NCBI RefSeq assembly: GCF_018350175.1
Contig: NC_058368.1
Coordinates: 18,664,001-18,728,000 of the forward strand
DNA: 64,000 nucleotides
Reading direction: 5' to 3'
Origin: Felis catus
Lineage: Eukaryota
This document shows positions 1-12,585 of the stretch, in pieces. The notes under the pieces were generated by a model. The model was given only the letters and a program-made list of their open reading frames with translations, did not search any database and was not told the DNA's origin. Within the stretch, counting starts at the first letter, position 1; each line of letters starts with the position of its first letter. A program made the translations under genes and the position numbers.

Positions 1-478
1 GCTCCTTTTCCAAGGAGGAGGCTCTCAACGAGTACCCTTGCAGTGTGCTCGTATTTACACGGTAGGCATGCATGGTGCCCAAGTTTAAAGGCAGCTTTGG
101 GCATTCGGGTGCCAACAGTTAAGTGGGTGGTAGCAGCCGTATCCCAGAGCACTGAAAATGCCCTCCATGGACTAAGGGAGGTAGTCCAGTCTGGAGAGAA
201 GCACTTGCCTGCCTGTTCTGCCCCCTGACGTAGGGTACCAAGTCCTGCCCGGGCAGCACCAGCAGGGGCCCTGCCTCCCTCGCCTTTCTCCATCTCCCAC
301 ATACCTGATCTGTTAGCTCTCACGAGATCGTTGTGGGCTTGCCACATTACCCGGCTTTTTAATTTATTTGTATTTGTGAGGCTGAGTTGGTAAGGTCATT
401 TGCCCACTCAGAATGAGGAATTACGAAGTTCCCGCTCACAGCCAAGACTCACCGGCCTGCTGCAAAACAGGAGATCCT

Positions 479-695
479 GGGGCACCTGGGTGGCTCAGTT
501 GGTGAAGCGTCACGCTCAGGTCACGATCTGGTGGTTTGTGAGTTCGAGCCCTGCGTCGGGCTCTGTGCTGACCGCTCAGAGCCTGAAGCCTGTTCTGGAT
601 TCTGTCTCCCTTTCTCTCTGCCCCTCCCCCACTCACACCCTGTCTCTGTCTCTCTCAAAGGTAAACAAACATTAAAAAAAATTTTTTTTTAAACA
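479..695 (+). mobile_element. CanSINE (feline SINEC_Fc-like)
   Basis: GGGGCACCTGGGTGGCTCAG head, GTTCGAGCCC B-box, CT-rich tract and A tail; target-site duplication (TSD) AAAACAGGAGATCCT at 464-478 and 696-710. Confidence 0.97.
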
Positions 696-907
696 AAAAC
701 AGGAGATCCTGTACATCCAGGGGCTCCTCCATCAGCCAGCCAATCCATGGCTTAGTCAAAGCAGGAGAGTGTTTGAAAGAGTGCCAGCGAGATGGGGAGT
801 TACTACTGGTCTCTGCCTTCTCCCCTCCTCCAAACTCTGGGATACCACAGGAGCAGGAAGGAATTTGGGTGAGGCCACAAACCTAAGATCACAACAGTGA
901 TTCTCAC

Positions 908-957
908 CGGGGAGCACAGAATGTGTCTGGGCCACTGTGTGGAGGGGAAACGGCACC
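908..957 (-). other. candidate 50-nt internal exon
   Basis: Minus strand: acceptor ctctcttttgatgtag|GGTG and donor CCCG|gtgaga; all three frames open; no recognisable protein; may be a pseudo-exon. Confidence 0.3.
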
Positions 958-1435
958 CTACATCAAAAGAGAGCCAGCACCACCGATGAAGTCTGGGTGG
1001 CAAGGAAAACTTTCAGTTTCTGCCCTTTCTTTTCCCAAAATTGTCCTGGGAAGATCAGCATCTGCCCCATTATCCAAATGGAAGAGAAACAGAGCAATGC
1101 CAGCCCAGCCCAGTGCCCACTAGAACCGAAGGGTAACGTCAGAGCAGCCAAAGGTAGAGAGAAGAGTTCCCTGGGGAGCGAGGTCACTGGGTTAGGGAAA
1201 AGGTACAAACAGAAAATGGCTCTTGATGTATTTCCAAGGGAATGTGGTTCACAGGGGGAAATAAGAACAACAGCTTGCTGAACAACCTACACCAGAGGAA
1301 GCAGATTTAATGAACCCAGAAAAAAGAATCTGAAAGAAGCAGAGTAAATATCCTCAAAGAGATAAGGGAGGATATTGCAATTATTCCGGAGCAGGCAGTT
1401 ACAAATTTAAAAACTGAGAGAGTAGAGCTAATGGG

Positions 1436-1877
1436 TGTGTCAGTCAGACTTCTCCAGGAAAATCGGAAACTACAGGGGAGACAGAAAGACAGAGAGAATT
1501 TACTTTAAAGAATTGTCTCATGTGAGTGTGGGGGCCGACAGGCCCCAAATCTGCAGGGCAGTCCAGCAACCTAGAAACTTAGGAAAGAGTTAAAGTCAGC
1601 CTTGAGTTCGAAATCTGTAAGGCAGGCTGGCAGGCTAGAAACTCAGACAGAACTTCTGTTCCACCTTGAGGCAAAGTTCCTTCTTCTCTGGGAACCCTCA
1701 GCTTCTGTTCTGAAGGCCTTAGCTAATTCACATTGTTGAGGGTAATGTCCCTTACTTACGCAACTGTAAACATAAAGAACATCTACAAAATACCTTCACG
1801 GCAACATCTAGACGAGTGTTTGTCCAAACCACTGAGCACCATGGCCTAGCCAAGGTGATGCATGATTAACCAGCACA
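1436..1877 (-). mobile_element. MLT2-family (ERVL) solo LTR
   Basis: TG...CA termini; TGTGTCAGTCAGACTTCTCCAGG...CCTAGCCAAGGTGATGCATGATTAACCAGCACA matches the reverse of MLT2; 5-bp TSD ATGGG/CTGGG. Confidence 0.88.
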
Positions 1878-2536
1878 CTGGGGATGAAAGTATTTTAGCT
1901 TCAATAAGGGGCTATCAATAAATGGATTGGAGAGCAGTCAAGGAACAAACTACTAAGCCAGAAGATTGAGTCCAGGGGCATTTCAAGTGGACCTCAGAAA
2001 TGACAAACAGATAGAAACCGATGATGAAAGTTTAAGAAGATACGGAGCATAGAAGTGGAACAGCCAATGCTCGTATGGTAGGAGTCCCTAACAAGAGAGA
2101 AAAAAATAGAGAGAGGGAATATTTGTAGAAATTATTACCAAAAATCTCTCCAAATTGAAATGAACTTATAACACTTAGGATAGAAAGCTCCCCTGCAGTG
2201 CCAGATGGGTTACATAAGACAAAACTCATATGTGGATGTGAAACTTAGGGACATCAGAAGTGGAGAGAAAACTCAAATAGCTTCTGAAAGTAAAAATGGA
2301 TTATATCCAAAGTAAGAAGAATCAGATTCACAAAAAAATTCCTCTTCAATAACCCTAGAAGGAGGCATTGAAGCAATATTTGCAACGTGCTAAAGACAAA
2401 GAAATTCAGATAGAGAATTTCATGTCCACAAATTGTCATTTATGGTTGAAATAAAGATATCTTCGGTAATACAAGGGCTTAAAATTTAACCAAACATAGA
2501 CTCTCTTTGAAAACACTCCCAGAAGAAACGCTGTAG

Positions 2537-2605
2537 CAAAAAAAAAAAAAAAAAAAGAAAGAAAGAAAAAGAAAGAAAGAAAGAAAAAAAGAAAAAAGAA
2601 AAAAA
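2537..2605 (+). repeat. poly(A)/(AAAG)n tract
   Basis: A run followed by AAAG repeats. Confidence 0.95.
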
Positions 2606-2690
2606 GCAAATCCAGGATGATGCCATGAGATATTAGAAATAAAGATGAGTAAATAACTCAGTAAAGTTGTCTAAATGAAAACAATTTTGT

Positions 2691-2917
2691 GGGGCGCCTG
2701 GGTGCCTCAGTCAGTTACGTGTCCAACTCTTGTTCTAGGCTTAGGTCATGATCTCATGGTGCAGGAGTTCAAGTTCCATGGTTCATGAGTTTGGGCCCCA
2801 TGTCAGGCTCTGTGCTGTCAGCACAGAGCATGCTTGGAATTCTCTCTCTCCCTCTCTTTCTCTCTGCCCCTCCCCCATTCATGCACATGCTTTCTCTCTC
2901 TCTCAAAATAAATAAAA
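2691..2917 (+). mobile_element. CanSINE
   Basis: GGGGCGCCTGGGTG head, CT tract, AAAATAAATAAA tail. Confidence 0.95.
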
Positions 2918-3081
2918 TTCTTTTTCGAAAAGAATAAAAACAAAAATATATTCCTAACAATCCATAATTAAAACTCCAGATGATGTCAAGATGGCATTGT
3001 AGGTTAATAAAAGTAATTGCCAAAAGAAATCAGAAGTGTATGAAGATAATTATCTTGCTCAAGACAAAAAATAAAAATAAA

Positions 3082-3333
3082 GGGGCGCCTGGGTGGCGCA
3101 GTCGGTTAAGCGTCCGACTTCAGCCAGGTCACGATCTCGCGGTCCGTGAGTTCGAGCCCCGCGTCAGGCTCTGGGCTGATGGCTCGGAGCCTGGAGCCTG
3201 TTTCCGATTCTGTGTCTCCCTCTCTCTCTGCCCCTCCCCCGTTCATGCTCTGTCTCTCTCTGTCCCAAAACTAAATAAACGTTGAAAAAAAAAATTTAAA
3301 AAAATAAATAAATAAATAAAATAAAAATAAAAA
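3082..3333 (+). mobile_element. CanSINE, young feline subfamily
   Basis: CpGs intact; diagnostic GGCGCAGTCGG, TTCAGCCAGGTC, CTGGGCTGATGG, TGTTTCCGATTC; long A-rich tail. Confidence 0.98.
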
Positions 3334-3638
3334 GATAAAAAATATAGATATGATTAGCTTATGAAATTATAGGAAAAATGAACATAAGTATGAGCTTGGA
3401 TAAGTTAGGGGTAACATAAGAAGAGCATAAATAAAATTAATGACTTTAAGTCAGCACAAGAAAATTCCACGGAAGGAAGAAAAAGAAATAAAAATAACAA
3501 CGCATAATTAGAAAACACAAAATAAAGTAGCAGAAATAAGTCCTAATATAACAGTAACTGTACAAATGTAAATGAGTTGAACTCACCAACCAATTTTGTA
3601 TTTCTTAAATCTAACATTATACAATTTTCAGGGCACCC

Positions 3639-3793
3639 TTTTTTTTGAGGGGGGGCAAGGGGCAGAGAATCTTAAGCAGGCTTTGTGCTCAGGATGGAGC
3701 CTGATGTGGGGCTCGACCTCACAACTGTGAGATCATGATCTGAGCCAAAATCAGGAGACAGATACTTAACCAGCTGAGCCACCCAGGTACTCC
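3639..3793 (-). mobile_element. CanSINE (older, short type)
   Basis: Reverse head CTGAGCCACCCAGGTACTCC; poly-T at left end. Confidence 0.93.
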
Positions 3794-6345
3794 AATGCAC
3801 ACTTTTAAAAAATCATTAAAAAAAAATAAGATAACCAAAAAAATCTGAACCAAAACTAAGCCAGCATAATTAATTATCACAAAATAGAATTTAACGGGAA
3901 AAGAGGGACACTAAAGTGCACAAGAACAGGAAGACAAAATGAATGTGAATATGTATGCACTTACCAAAGTGATCTCACAACAGAAAAGAACAAGTCCAAA
4001 AAGAATGCAGTAAAACAATAGCCGTGGTTAGAAATTGCAATAATATCTTTCAGAAACTGATAGAGAAAACAGACAAAGAAAAAGTAGACAAATATCAAAG
4101 GTTGAATAATATAATTGATAAGCTCAAGTTTAGGTCTACAGAATTGTACCTGAAACACAGAAAACAGTCTTTCAAACAATCATGAAATATTCTCCAAAAT
4201 CTGCTACCTGCAATTTCACCAAAGAAGCCTCAATAAATTTCCAAAAGTCATGCGCACTGTGTTCTCTGAATACTATGAACAATTGTATCCCAACAAACTA
4301 GATAACCTATAAGAGATGGACAGATTTCTTGAAACGTACAAATTATCTAAACTAAGTCAAGAAGAAATAGAAAATCTCAACAGACTCACAAGAAAAAGGA
4401 TTGAATTAGTAATCAAAAATCTCCCAACAAAGCAAAGTCCTGGACCAGATGGCTTACTGGTAAATTCAACCAAACTTGAAGAAGAATTAACACCAATCTT
4501 TCTCAAATGCTTCCAAAAAATTGAAGAGAAAGAACACTTCCAAACTCATTTTATAAAGATAGCACTATCCTGAGACCAAAGCCAGAAAAAGACACTATAA
4601 GAAGAGAAAATTACAGACCGATAATTTCTTATGAATATAGATGCAAAAATCAACGAAATACTAGCAAATTGAATTCAACAGCATATTAAAAGGACTGTGT
4701 ACAATGACCAAGTGGGATTTATCTCAGCAATGCAAGAGTGGTTCAACATAGAAAAATCAATTAATATATTACATGAATAGAATGAAGAAATAAATCCACA
4801 TGATCATTTCAATTGATATAGAAAAAGTATTTGACAAAATTCAACACATTTTCATGATAAAAACACTCAAAAAACTAAGAATAGAAGAGAACTTTATCAA
4901 CATATGAAAGGCTATATAGAAAATCCCACAGCTAACATCATACTCAATGGTGAAAGACTGAAATATTTTCCCCTAAAATCAGGAACAAGAGAAGGACATC
5001 CATTTTTGCCACTTTCATTCAACATAGTACTAAAAATTCTAGCCAGAGCAATAAAACAGTAAAAAGAAATAAAAGGCATCCAAATTCAAAAGTAAGAAGT
5101 AAAATCATCTCTATTTGCAGATGACATGATCTTATATGCAGAAAACTCTAAAGAATCTATTTAATGATTATAGCTAAAAAAAAATCATGAAAGTAGTAGA
5201 ATATACAACCAAGAGCAAAAAATCACTTGTATTTCTATATGCTAGCAATGAACAATCTGAAGGGAAGTTAAGAAAACAATCCCACTTAAAATAGCATAAA
5301 AAAGAATAAAATACTTAGGGATGAATTTAATCAAAGAGGCACAAAAGTTGTACACTGAAAACTGCAAAACATTACTAAAGAAATTACAGAAAACCTAAAT
5401 AAATGGAAACATAGCCCATGGTCATTGGTTTGGAAAATTTAATATTGTTAAATGATAATATCCAAAGTGATCTACAGAGTCAATACAATCGTTATCAAAA
5501 TCCCAATGGCAATTTTTATAGAAATGGAAAATGTCACCCTAAAATTCATATGGAATTTCAAAGGACTCCATATAGCTAAAATTATCTGGAAAAAGAACAA
5601 AGTTGGAAGATTCACATTTCCAAATTTCAAAACTTACTACAAAACAAGTTTGGTACTCATGTAAGGAGAGATAGGTAGGCCATTGGAAGAGAACTGAGAA
5701 CCCAGAAATAAACTCTTACATCTACAGTCAATTGATTCTTCACAACAGAGTCAAGACCATTCAATGGGGAAAGGAATAGCCTCTTCAACAAAAAGTGCTG
5801 AGGAAATTGTATATCCACATGCAAAAGAATGAAATTGGACCCTTATTACCTTACACTATACACAAAATTAACTAAAAATTGATAAACATAAGAGCTAAAA
5901 GTATAAAACTCTTAAAAGAAAACAGGGACAAATCTTCATGACCTTGGATTTGACAACGGTTTCTTTAAAATGACACTAAAAGCACCAGTAACAAAAGAAA
6001 AAAATAAATTGGACTTCATCAAAATTAAAAATGTGTGCCCCAAAGGACATTATCAAGACAGTAAGGAAAAAACTCACAGAATGGGAGAAATTGTTTGCAA
6101 GCCATTTATCTAATGAGGGTGTAATATCCAGAATATATAAAGAACTTCTATCACTCAACTACTAACAAATAGCCCAATGTAAAAATGGGCAAAGATCCTG
6201 AACAGACATTTCTCCAAAGAAGATATACAAGTGGTCAATAAGCACACAAAAAGATGCTCAGTGTCATTAGTCACTAGGTAAATGCAAATCATAACCACAA
6301 TGAGATACCACTTCATATCTAATAGGATGGCTTTAAATGAATGAA

Positions 6346-6367
6346 TAGATAGATAGATAGATAGATA
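6346..6367 (+). repeat. (TAGA)n microsatellite
   Basis: About 5 TAGA units inside the L1. Confidence 0.9.
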
Positions 6368-6541
6368 ATAAGTGTTGACAAGAATGTAGAGGAATTGGAA
6401 CCCTCTTACAATGCTGGTGGGAATTGAAAATTGTGCAGTCACTGTGGAAAATGGTTTGGATACTCCTTTAAATTTTAAATACAGAATTACCATATGACCC
6501 AGTAATGCCACTTGCAGGTATATACTTAAAAACAAAAAATT

Positions 6542-6763
6542 GGGGACGCCTGGGTGGCTTAGTCAGTTAAGCATCCGACTTCAGCTCGGGTCATGATCTC
6601 ACAGTCCATGAGTTCGAGCCCTGCGTCAGGCTCTGGAGTGACAGCTCAGAGCCTGGAGCCTGCTTCAGATTCTGTGTCTCCCTCTCTCTGCTCTTCCCCT
6701 GCTCACACTCTTTCTCTCTCTCTCCCTCAAGAATAAATAAATATTTTAAAAAAATTTTTAAAA
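6542..6763 (+). mobile_element. CanSINE inserted in L1
   Basis: GGGGACGCCTGGGTGGC head, B-box, CT tract, A tail. Confidence 0.97.
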
Positions 6764-7261
6764 ATGAAAACACAGACACAGATACTTGCACACCAATGTT
6801 CATAGCAGCATTATTCAAGATAGTCAAAAGGTGGAAACAACCCAAGTATCCACCAACAGATGAATGAATAAACAAAATGTGATATATACATATACATACT
6901 ATGGGATATTATTCAGCCATAAAAAGATGTAAGTTCTGACACATGCTACAGGATGGATGGACATTGAAAACATTATGCTAAGTGAAATAAGCCATACAAA
7001 AAGAACAAATACTGTGTGATCCCATTTATATGAACTATCTAGAACAGGCAGATACACAGAGACAGAACATAGATGAATGGTTACCAGGGGCTGAGGGAAA
7101 GGAGGAATGGGAGAGTTATTTCTTAGCGGGTACAGAGTTTTTGTTTGGGGTGATGAAAAAGTTTTGCAAAGAGATAGTGGTAATGGTTGTACAACATGTG
7201 AATGTAATTAATGAATTGTACACTGAATTGCACTCCTAAAAATAGTTATAATGGCAAATTT

Positions 7262-7298
7262 TATACATATATATGTGTATATATATGTGTGTGTATAT

Positions 7299-7348
<50 letters not shown>
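7262..7348. repeat. compound (TA)/(TG)/(CA)/(TA)n microsatellite
   Basis: Directly visible at the L1 3' end. Confidence 0.97.
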
Positions 7349-7350
<2 letters not shown>

Positions 7351-7841
7351 ACATAAATACACACATGACCAGGCAAAAAAGAAGAAAAGACTGGTCAGGA
7401 AGCCAAGAGGAAAGTAACAGAAACTGGCCTAAAGGAAATTCCCATAATGCAGTTATAAAGCATTGACTTTAGCTATGCTTAATACATTTTCAGAATTAAA
7501 AAAAAAAAAAAAAGAGTATGTTGGCCAAGAACTAAAACAACACTTTATAAAAAAATAAATAAATAAATGAGAAGTGAAAAATGTAATGGCTGAAATTACG
7601 AAATTATCTCAAAAGAGAATTTATTGACTAGATAATAGAAGAAAATATCCAGATTGAAGAAAGGAAAGACAAAAGGAAGGAGACTACAGAAGAACATACA
7701 AAGAATAGAGGTATAGGAGAAGGTATAAGAAAATGGCCTCACTTGTGTGGAATCCCAGGAAAGACAGAAATCGCTGAGAATTTTCAAAAAGTTATAAAAG
7801 ATATCAAACCACACACTCAAAAACTGCTACAAACACCAGAA

Positions 7842-7874
<33 letters not shown>

Positions 7875-7876
7875 CA
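7842..7876. repeat. (AC)n microsatellite
   Basis: About 17 units with one interruption. Confidence 0.95.
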
Positions 7877-7920
7877 ATGTATCTTTGCACATAATGAAAC
7901 TACTTAAAAACCAAAGACAC

Positions 7921-8119
7921 GGGGCACTTGGGTGGCTCAGTCGGTTAAGCTTCTGACTTCAGCTCAGGTCATGATCTCACAATTCATGACTTCAAGCCCC
8001 ACATCAGGCTCTCTGCTGTCAGCACAGAGCCTGCTTCAGATCCTCTGACAGCCCCTCTATGCCCTTCCCCTGCTCACACACTCTCTCTTTCAAAAATAAA
8101 CATTAAAAAAAAAAAAAAA
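7921..8119 (+). mobile_element. CanSINE
   Basis: Head, body and A tail; flanking ACCAAAGACA duplication. Confidence 0.96.
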
Positions 8120-8696
8120 CACCAAAGACATAATCGGTCAGAAGCAAATAAAAATAGATTGCGGACAGATTACTTCTCAGAGGAAATAATGGAATCCAGA
8201 AGACGATGGAATCTAAAAGCTGTTGCAATAATATCTTTAGTATTGCCAATCCAGAAGTCTATATTCAGGAAAAAAAAAATCCCTCAAAAATAAAGCTTAA
8301 GTAAAGATATTTTCAAAGTAAAGCTGAGACCATCAGCAGCACATCAACTCTAATGAGAACACTAAATGCTTTTCTTTAGACGACAAGAAAATGATCCTGG
8401 GCAAAAGCTCAGAATGTGGGAAAGAAGTAAGAACAACACAAATGGCAAATCTAAATATTAAACACAATTTATGTAAGTCAGAATAAACACAATTGTCTAA
8501 ATGAACATTGAAAATATCAAATGACAATGGTCTTGTGGGATTTAAAATACATATAAAATTAAAATACATGACAACAATAGTACATACATTGAAAGTGGGA
8601 TTAATGGGAGTTTAAATGTCCTAGGGCTTGTTGTATCTGGGAAACAGTAACAGTATGAATGTATGTTAGACTTTAAATTGACAAGGATCCACGTCA

Positions 8697-8850
8697 GGGG
8701 AAGGGCAGAAGAGGGAGAGAGAGAATCTTAAGCAGGCTCCACACCCGGCACAGAGCCCTACTCAGGTCTCCACCTCATGACCGTGAGATTACGACCTGAG
8801 CTGAAATCAAGAAGTTGGATGCTTAATCTACTGAGCCACCCAGGTGCCCC
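8697..8850 (-). mobile_element. CanSINE, tail missing
   Basis: Reverse head CTGAGCCACCCAGGTGCCCC; no poly-T tail. Confidence 0.92.
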
Positions 8851-9889
8851 GAAAGATGATATTTCTTTTCCTGAATATATTTTAATTACATTAAATGCAA
8901 GCTGACTAAACACTCCAATGGAAAGACTGCGAAATCAAAACAAAATCCAATTATTTATTTGATTGCTGCTTACAAAAGACTCATTTTAAATATATAGAAA
9001 TAGAAGTGTTGACAGTAACAGGACGGAAAAGATTTACCATGCAAACACTAACCCAAGGAAGCTGATGTGGCTGTGCTAATATTAGACAATATAGACTTTA
9101 AAGGCATGAAGCACTTCTAGAAATAGAGACAGTTCGTAAGTATAAAAGCTCCTGTCTACTTGGAAGACAGCCACTCTAAATTTCTAATCACTTAACATCA
9201 TAGTCTCAAAATATACAAAGCAAAAGGACCTTTGCAGGAGATTTTAACACAATTCTCCAAGCAGACATAAAATCAATAAAGATATAAAAAATATGAACTA
9301 TGTAATTAATAAACTTGACCTGAGACATATTAAATATTGTACCCAACAACTGCAGAATACATACTCTTTTGAAATACGCAGGAACAATTTATTAATATAG
9401 AGGATATCTTAGTCCATATAGCAAGCTTCAGTACATTTTCAAAGGATTGAAATCTTATAGTGTATGTTCTTTAACCAGCAACAGAAAGGTAACCAGACAA
9501 TCTCTAAATGCTAGGAAACCGAGCACGACACATACATACTCCAAAAACTAATTATTCTTCCAAAATACGTGCATATCTAAAAATACATGCATACAACAAA
9601 TTACAGCAGGTGTCAGGGGGCAGGAAGCGGGAGATGAGAAAAGCAAAATGAGAAAATATAACAAAGAGAGTGGCCTTGCACGGCATGATGATTTTGGTGA
9701 ATCACGACCCAAGAAGTATATTGAATTTAACTCTGTCCACCTGAGGTAAAAAACTAATTACATAAAGCAGTAACATTTAGAAATCAGAAAATTTGAATTC
9801 TAGCATGCGCCAAATTTACTGATAAATTAATGTCTTCGGACCTCATGTTTGATATGAGATAAATACTAATATTAATAAACAGTACTTGT

Positions 9890-10070
9890 ACTTCATCCAT
9901 TAATTCAACATGCATCCATGGAACACCTCATGTGCCAGAAATTGTGCCAGGTGGTGGGGATACAAAGTCACATGAGACACAGTCCCACCTCTCAAGACAC
10001 TTACTCCTCAAGAGAGTTGATGTCATATGAAGCAAGTAGAGAAAATATTGTAAGGATCATCACAGAGCAA
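9890..10070 (-). mobile_element. L2 3' fragment
   Basis: TTCATCCATTAATTCAACA...TGTGCCAGG...GGGATACAAAG is a reversed L2 end. Confidence 0.7.
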
Positions 10071-10177
10071 AGTTGCACAGAAACCACAGATTACACAACA
10101 AAGTAGCAGGTATTTGGTCATCAATTTTGACTTGGCTGAGAAGGACCTCCCCCTCTCATCTTGAGCTTGCTATTTAA

Positions 10178-10273
10178 TGTGCAACTCCTCGAGGGCAGAA
10201 ACGAAGGATTATTCCATTGTACGAGCCCAGTGTTTAGCAAAGAGTACATTATGTTCTGGTTGAATGAATGAAT
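10178..10273 (+). mobile_element. L2 3' end
   Basis: CTCCTCGAGGGCAG...GTTGAATGAATGAAT. Confidence 0.7.
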
Positions 10274-11280
10274 ATAAAATGGATGACAGTTTGAGTCAGT
10301 GTTCCAAGTTCTGTATTTTCACATCAAAAACCCAGGTACACAAAGCAAGTGGAGCTTATATGGAGCATGTGGCTGGAAGCAGAATCCACAAGTATGTGAC
10401 CATGATTAGGTATTGAACTCTGATTAACGTCCAAACCCACATATGGTCATAACTCCAGGACCTGCTGAGGAGGCTCCGTGAAGAGGACTGGAGAATTTCA
10501 CTATCTGTATCCGCTGTGAATCAAACCTATACCATGCTCAGAACGAAGCACCCACCGTAAAGTCCTAGATGACAACCAACTCTCGAACACAGGCGCAGGA
10601 ATGAAGGAGCACATCTGTGGTGCTCATCTGTCAAATGGGCAGGGTGATAACCTTCCAGAAAGGTTCCTGGAAGAATGATACCTGATGTAAAATGCCTGGC
10701 AGTTAGAGTTGTTAAATGAATAAAGAAATGGTGGGCGTTCTGCAAGTATGATTTTTCCTTCTCCCTCCTTCCTTCCATCCCTCCACCTTCCCAACAGAGG
10801 CAGGTGGTCATGAAATAGAGAAGTATTTTAAGGACTTCCATGCACCGCTCTGACTCGGACTACAGAAAAACACCACCACAGTTACAACATGTAGAGGCCA
10901 ACACAGAACTGCTAAAGAAAGTACTGCAGGCAAAGGCTAGGATGGGGCCATAGAGCAAATGAGAAAAGACTCTAGAAGCATCGGCTACGAATCAAAGGCA
11001 GTCTTGATGCACACACAATATGGTCAGCTCCAAAGCCTCTACACACAGACAGGCTTACCTTCATAGTCAACAGACAATAACATGGCCTCACGGGCCACAC
11101 CACACACCCCATAAGCGATCTCCACGGCACCCACCATTGCCTTTCTTCCCTTGGTGAATTAGATATCCCTAGCGTCCATGCAGTTTTAAAGATCGGTTTC
11201 TTCAGACACAGTCAAGTAATCAAGTAATCTGCAAAGTACTTTGCATTTATAAAGTGCATCAAAATGCATTTCTCTATAGC

Positions 11281-11500
11281 GGGGGGCCTGGGTGGCTCAG
11301 TCGGTTAGGCGTCCGACTTCGGCTCAGCTCATGATCCCACGGCTTGTGGGTTCGAGCCCCGCGTCGGGCTCTGTGCTGACAGCTCGGAGCCTGGAGCCTG
11401 CTTCTGATTCTGTCTCCCTATCTCTCTGCTCCTCCCCTGTTCACGCTCTGTCTCTCCCTCTCTCTCAAAAATAAATAAACATTAAAAAAAATTTTTTTTT
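11281..11500 (+). mobile_element. CanSINE (SINEC_Fc-like)
   Basis: Full body; TSD ATGCATTTCTCTATAGC / ATGCATTTATCTATAGC. Confidence 0.97.
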
Positions 11501-11589
11501 CATGCATTTATCTATAGCCTGTCATGTACTAGAAGTTTTGCTGAATGCTGTCTGCACAAGTTAGCTACATATTCTCGGGCTCAGGCTTT

Positions 11590-12480
11590 GAGGAATCTGG
11601 CTTCCACAGACATCCCTTTATAAATATTGCCCGCCGGCGGCTCCCTGACCCCCACATCCAGCAACCTTTCCTCAGACGTCACTGGCTTCCGCGTCTCTGC
11701 AGCTCCTGGCCTCTCTCTCTTCCCTCCTCATTCTCATGGCGCAAAACTGCCGTGTCTCCCCGCTCCGTCTCCAATTATTTCTTCTGTTTCCACTGGTTCC
11801 TTTTCTTCCTGAGTCCCAAAAGGAGACACTCCTGGGGGTTTTGCTCTCTGCCCGTTTCTTTCAGGTCTACACTCTCTTCCCTGATGATTTCTTCTACCCA
11901 CAGCTCCAGCATCTCTCGCTATGTGCTTGCCTCCAAACTAGCTTCCACCCACCCTGCAGCTAGCCAACACCTCAGGTCGGCAGGGTTAAAGTAAAACTCC
12001 TTTTGTCTCACAAACCAGCTCTTTCTCCTGGCTTTTATGTTGCGGGCACTTGAGTCCAGTGACATGCTGGTAAGCTAACTCTGTGGGGGAAAGAGATCAG
12101 CTTGACTTATGGCATTTGTTGATTTCCATAGAGTTCCCATATTCCCACCATGGCCAATTTCAAGCTACCTACATGAAGTCACTGAACGCAGCCTGGGGAA
12201 GAGACCAGTTCAGGACAGTAACAGGAAACCGTCCTCCAAATATCTCTTTCAAAACTTTTCCCTCCCCCACATCTTCACCAAGACACCTTATCTGCTGCGA
12301 AGCACAATTGAGCCTCGAACGCAGATTCTGCCATCCAGCCTCTTCTTTCCATTTTCCCTACCGTCACCTACCTGAGACTGTCATTGCCATCTGTCCCGCC
12401 CACTGTCAGTCTCCTAATTATTCTCCCTACCTCTGGGCTTTTTCATTACAATTACATGACTGGAAAGTTAATCTGCCTAA
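11590..12480 (+). mobile_element. L2 internal fragment, interrupted by MER63
   Basis: CT-rich degenerate L2 RT-region sequence; explains ORFs 11545-11994 and 12083-12529. Confidence 0.6.
12057..12210 (-). mobile_element. MER63-like hAT-Blackjack MITE (partial)
   Basis: CAGTGACATGCTGGTAA end and TTCCCACCATGGCCAATTTCAAGCTACC...GTCACTGAACGCAG core. Confidence 0.8.
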
Positions 12481-12585
12481 AGTGCATTTCCCCAAACCTT
12501 CAGCAGTTCTTCTATCATCCACCGAATAAAACGTAATTTGGCCTTTAGTGCCTAATTCAATACATAGTGCCTGTATCAGCATTCT

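Larger units (their letters stand above)
1290..4265 (+). mobile_element. old degenerate L1 (ORF1 to endonuclease region), interrupted by an MLT2 LTR and three SINEs
   Basis: A-rich L1 ORF1-like sequence (about 1300-1430 and 1880-2530) and ORF2-start-like AAATGTAAATGAGTTGAACTCACCAA near 3565; boundaries approximate. Confidence 0.7.
4270..7265 (+). mobile_element. 5'-truncated L1 (L1MB-like): decayed ORF2 (RT, C-terminal region) plus 3' UTR
   Basis: ORF 4316-4573 (MDRFLETYKLSKLSQEEIENLNR...KSPGPDG-like) and ORF 5452-5664 are L1 ORF2p fragments; LFADDMI codons TTTGCAGATGACATGATC near 5114; multiple stops and frameshifts; L1MB-type 3' end. Confidence 0.95.
7365..9530 (+). mobile_element. second old degenerate L1 (ORF1 to endonuclease region)
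   Basis: ORF1-like and EN-like remnants (CCATGCAAACACTAACC, TATTAGACAATATAGACTTTAAA, ACAACTGCAGAATACATACTCTTTT); boundaries approximate. Confidence 0.75.

Noticed and set aside
4316..5664. ORFs with reverse-transcriptase-protein similarity as an active gene or novel RT system
   Set aside because: Fragments of a dead L1 ORF2 with many stops and frameshifts
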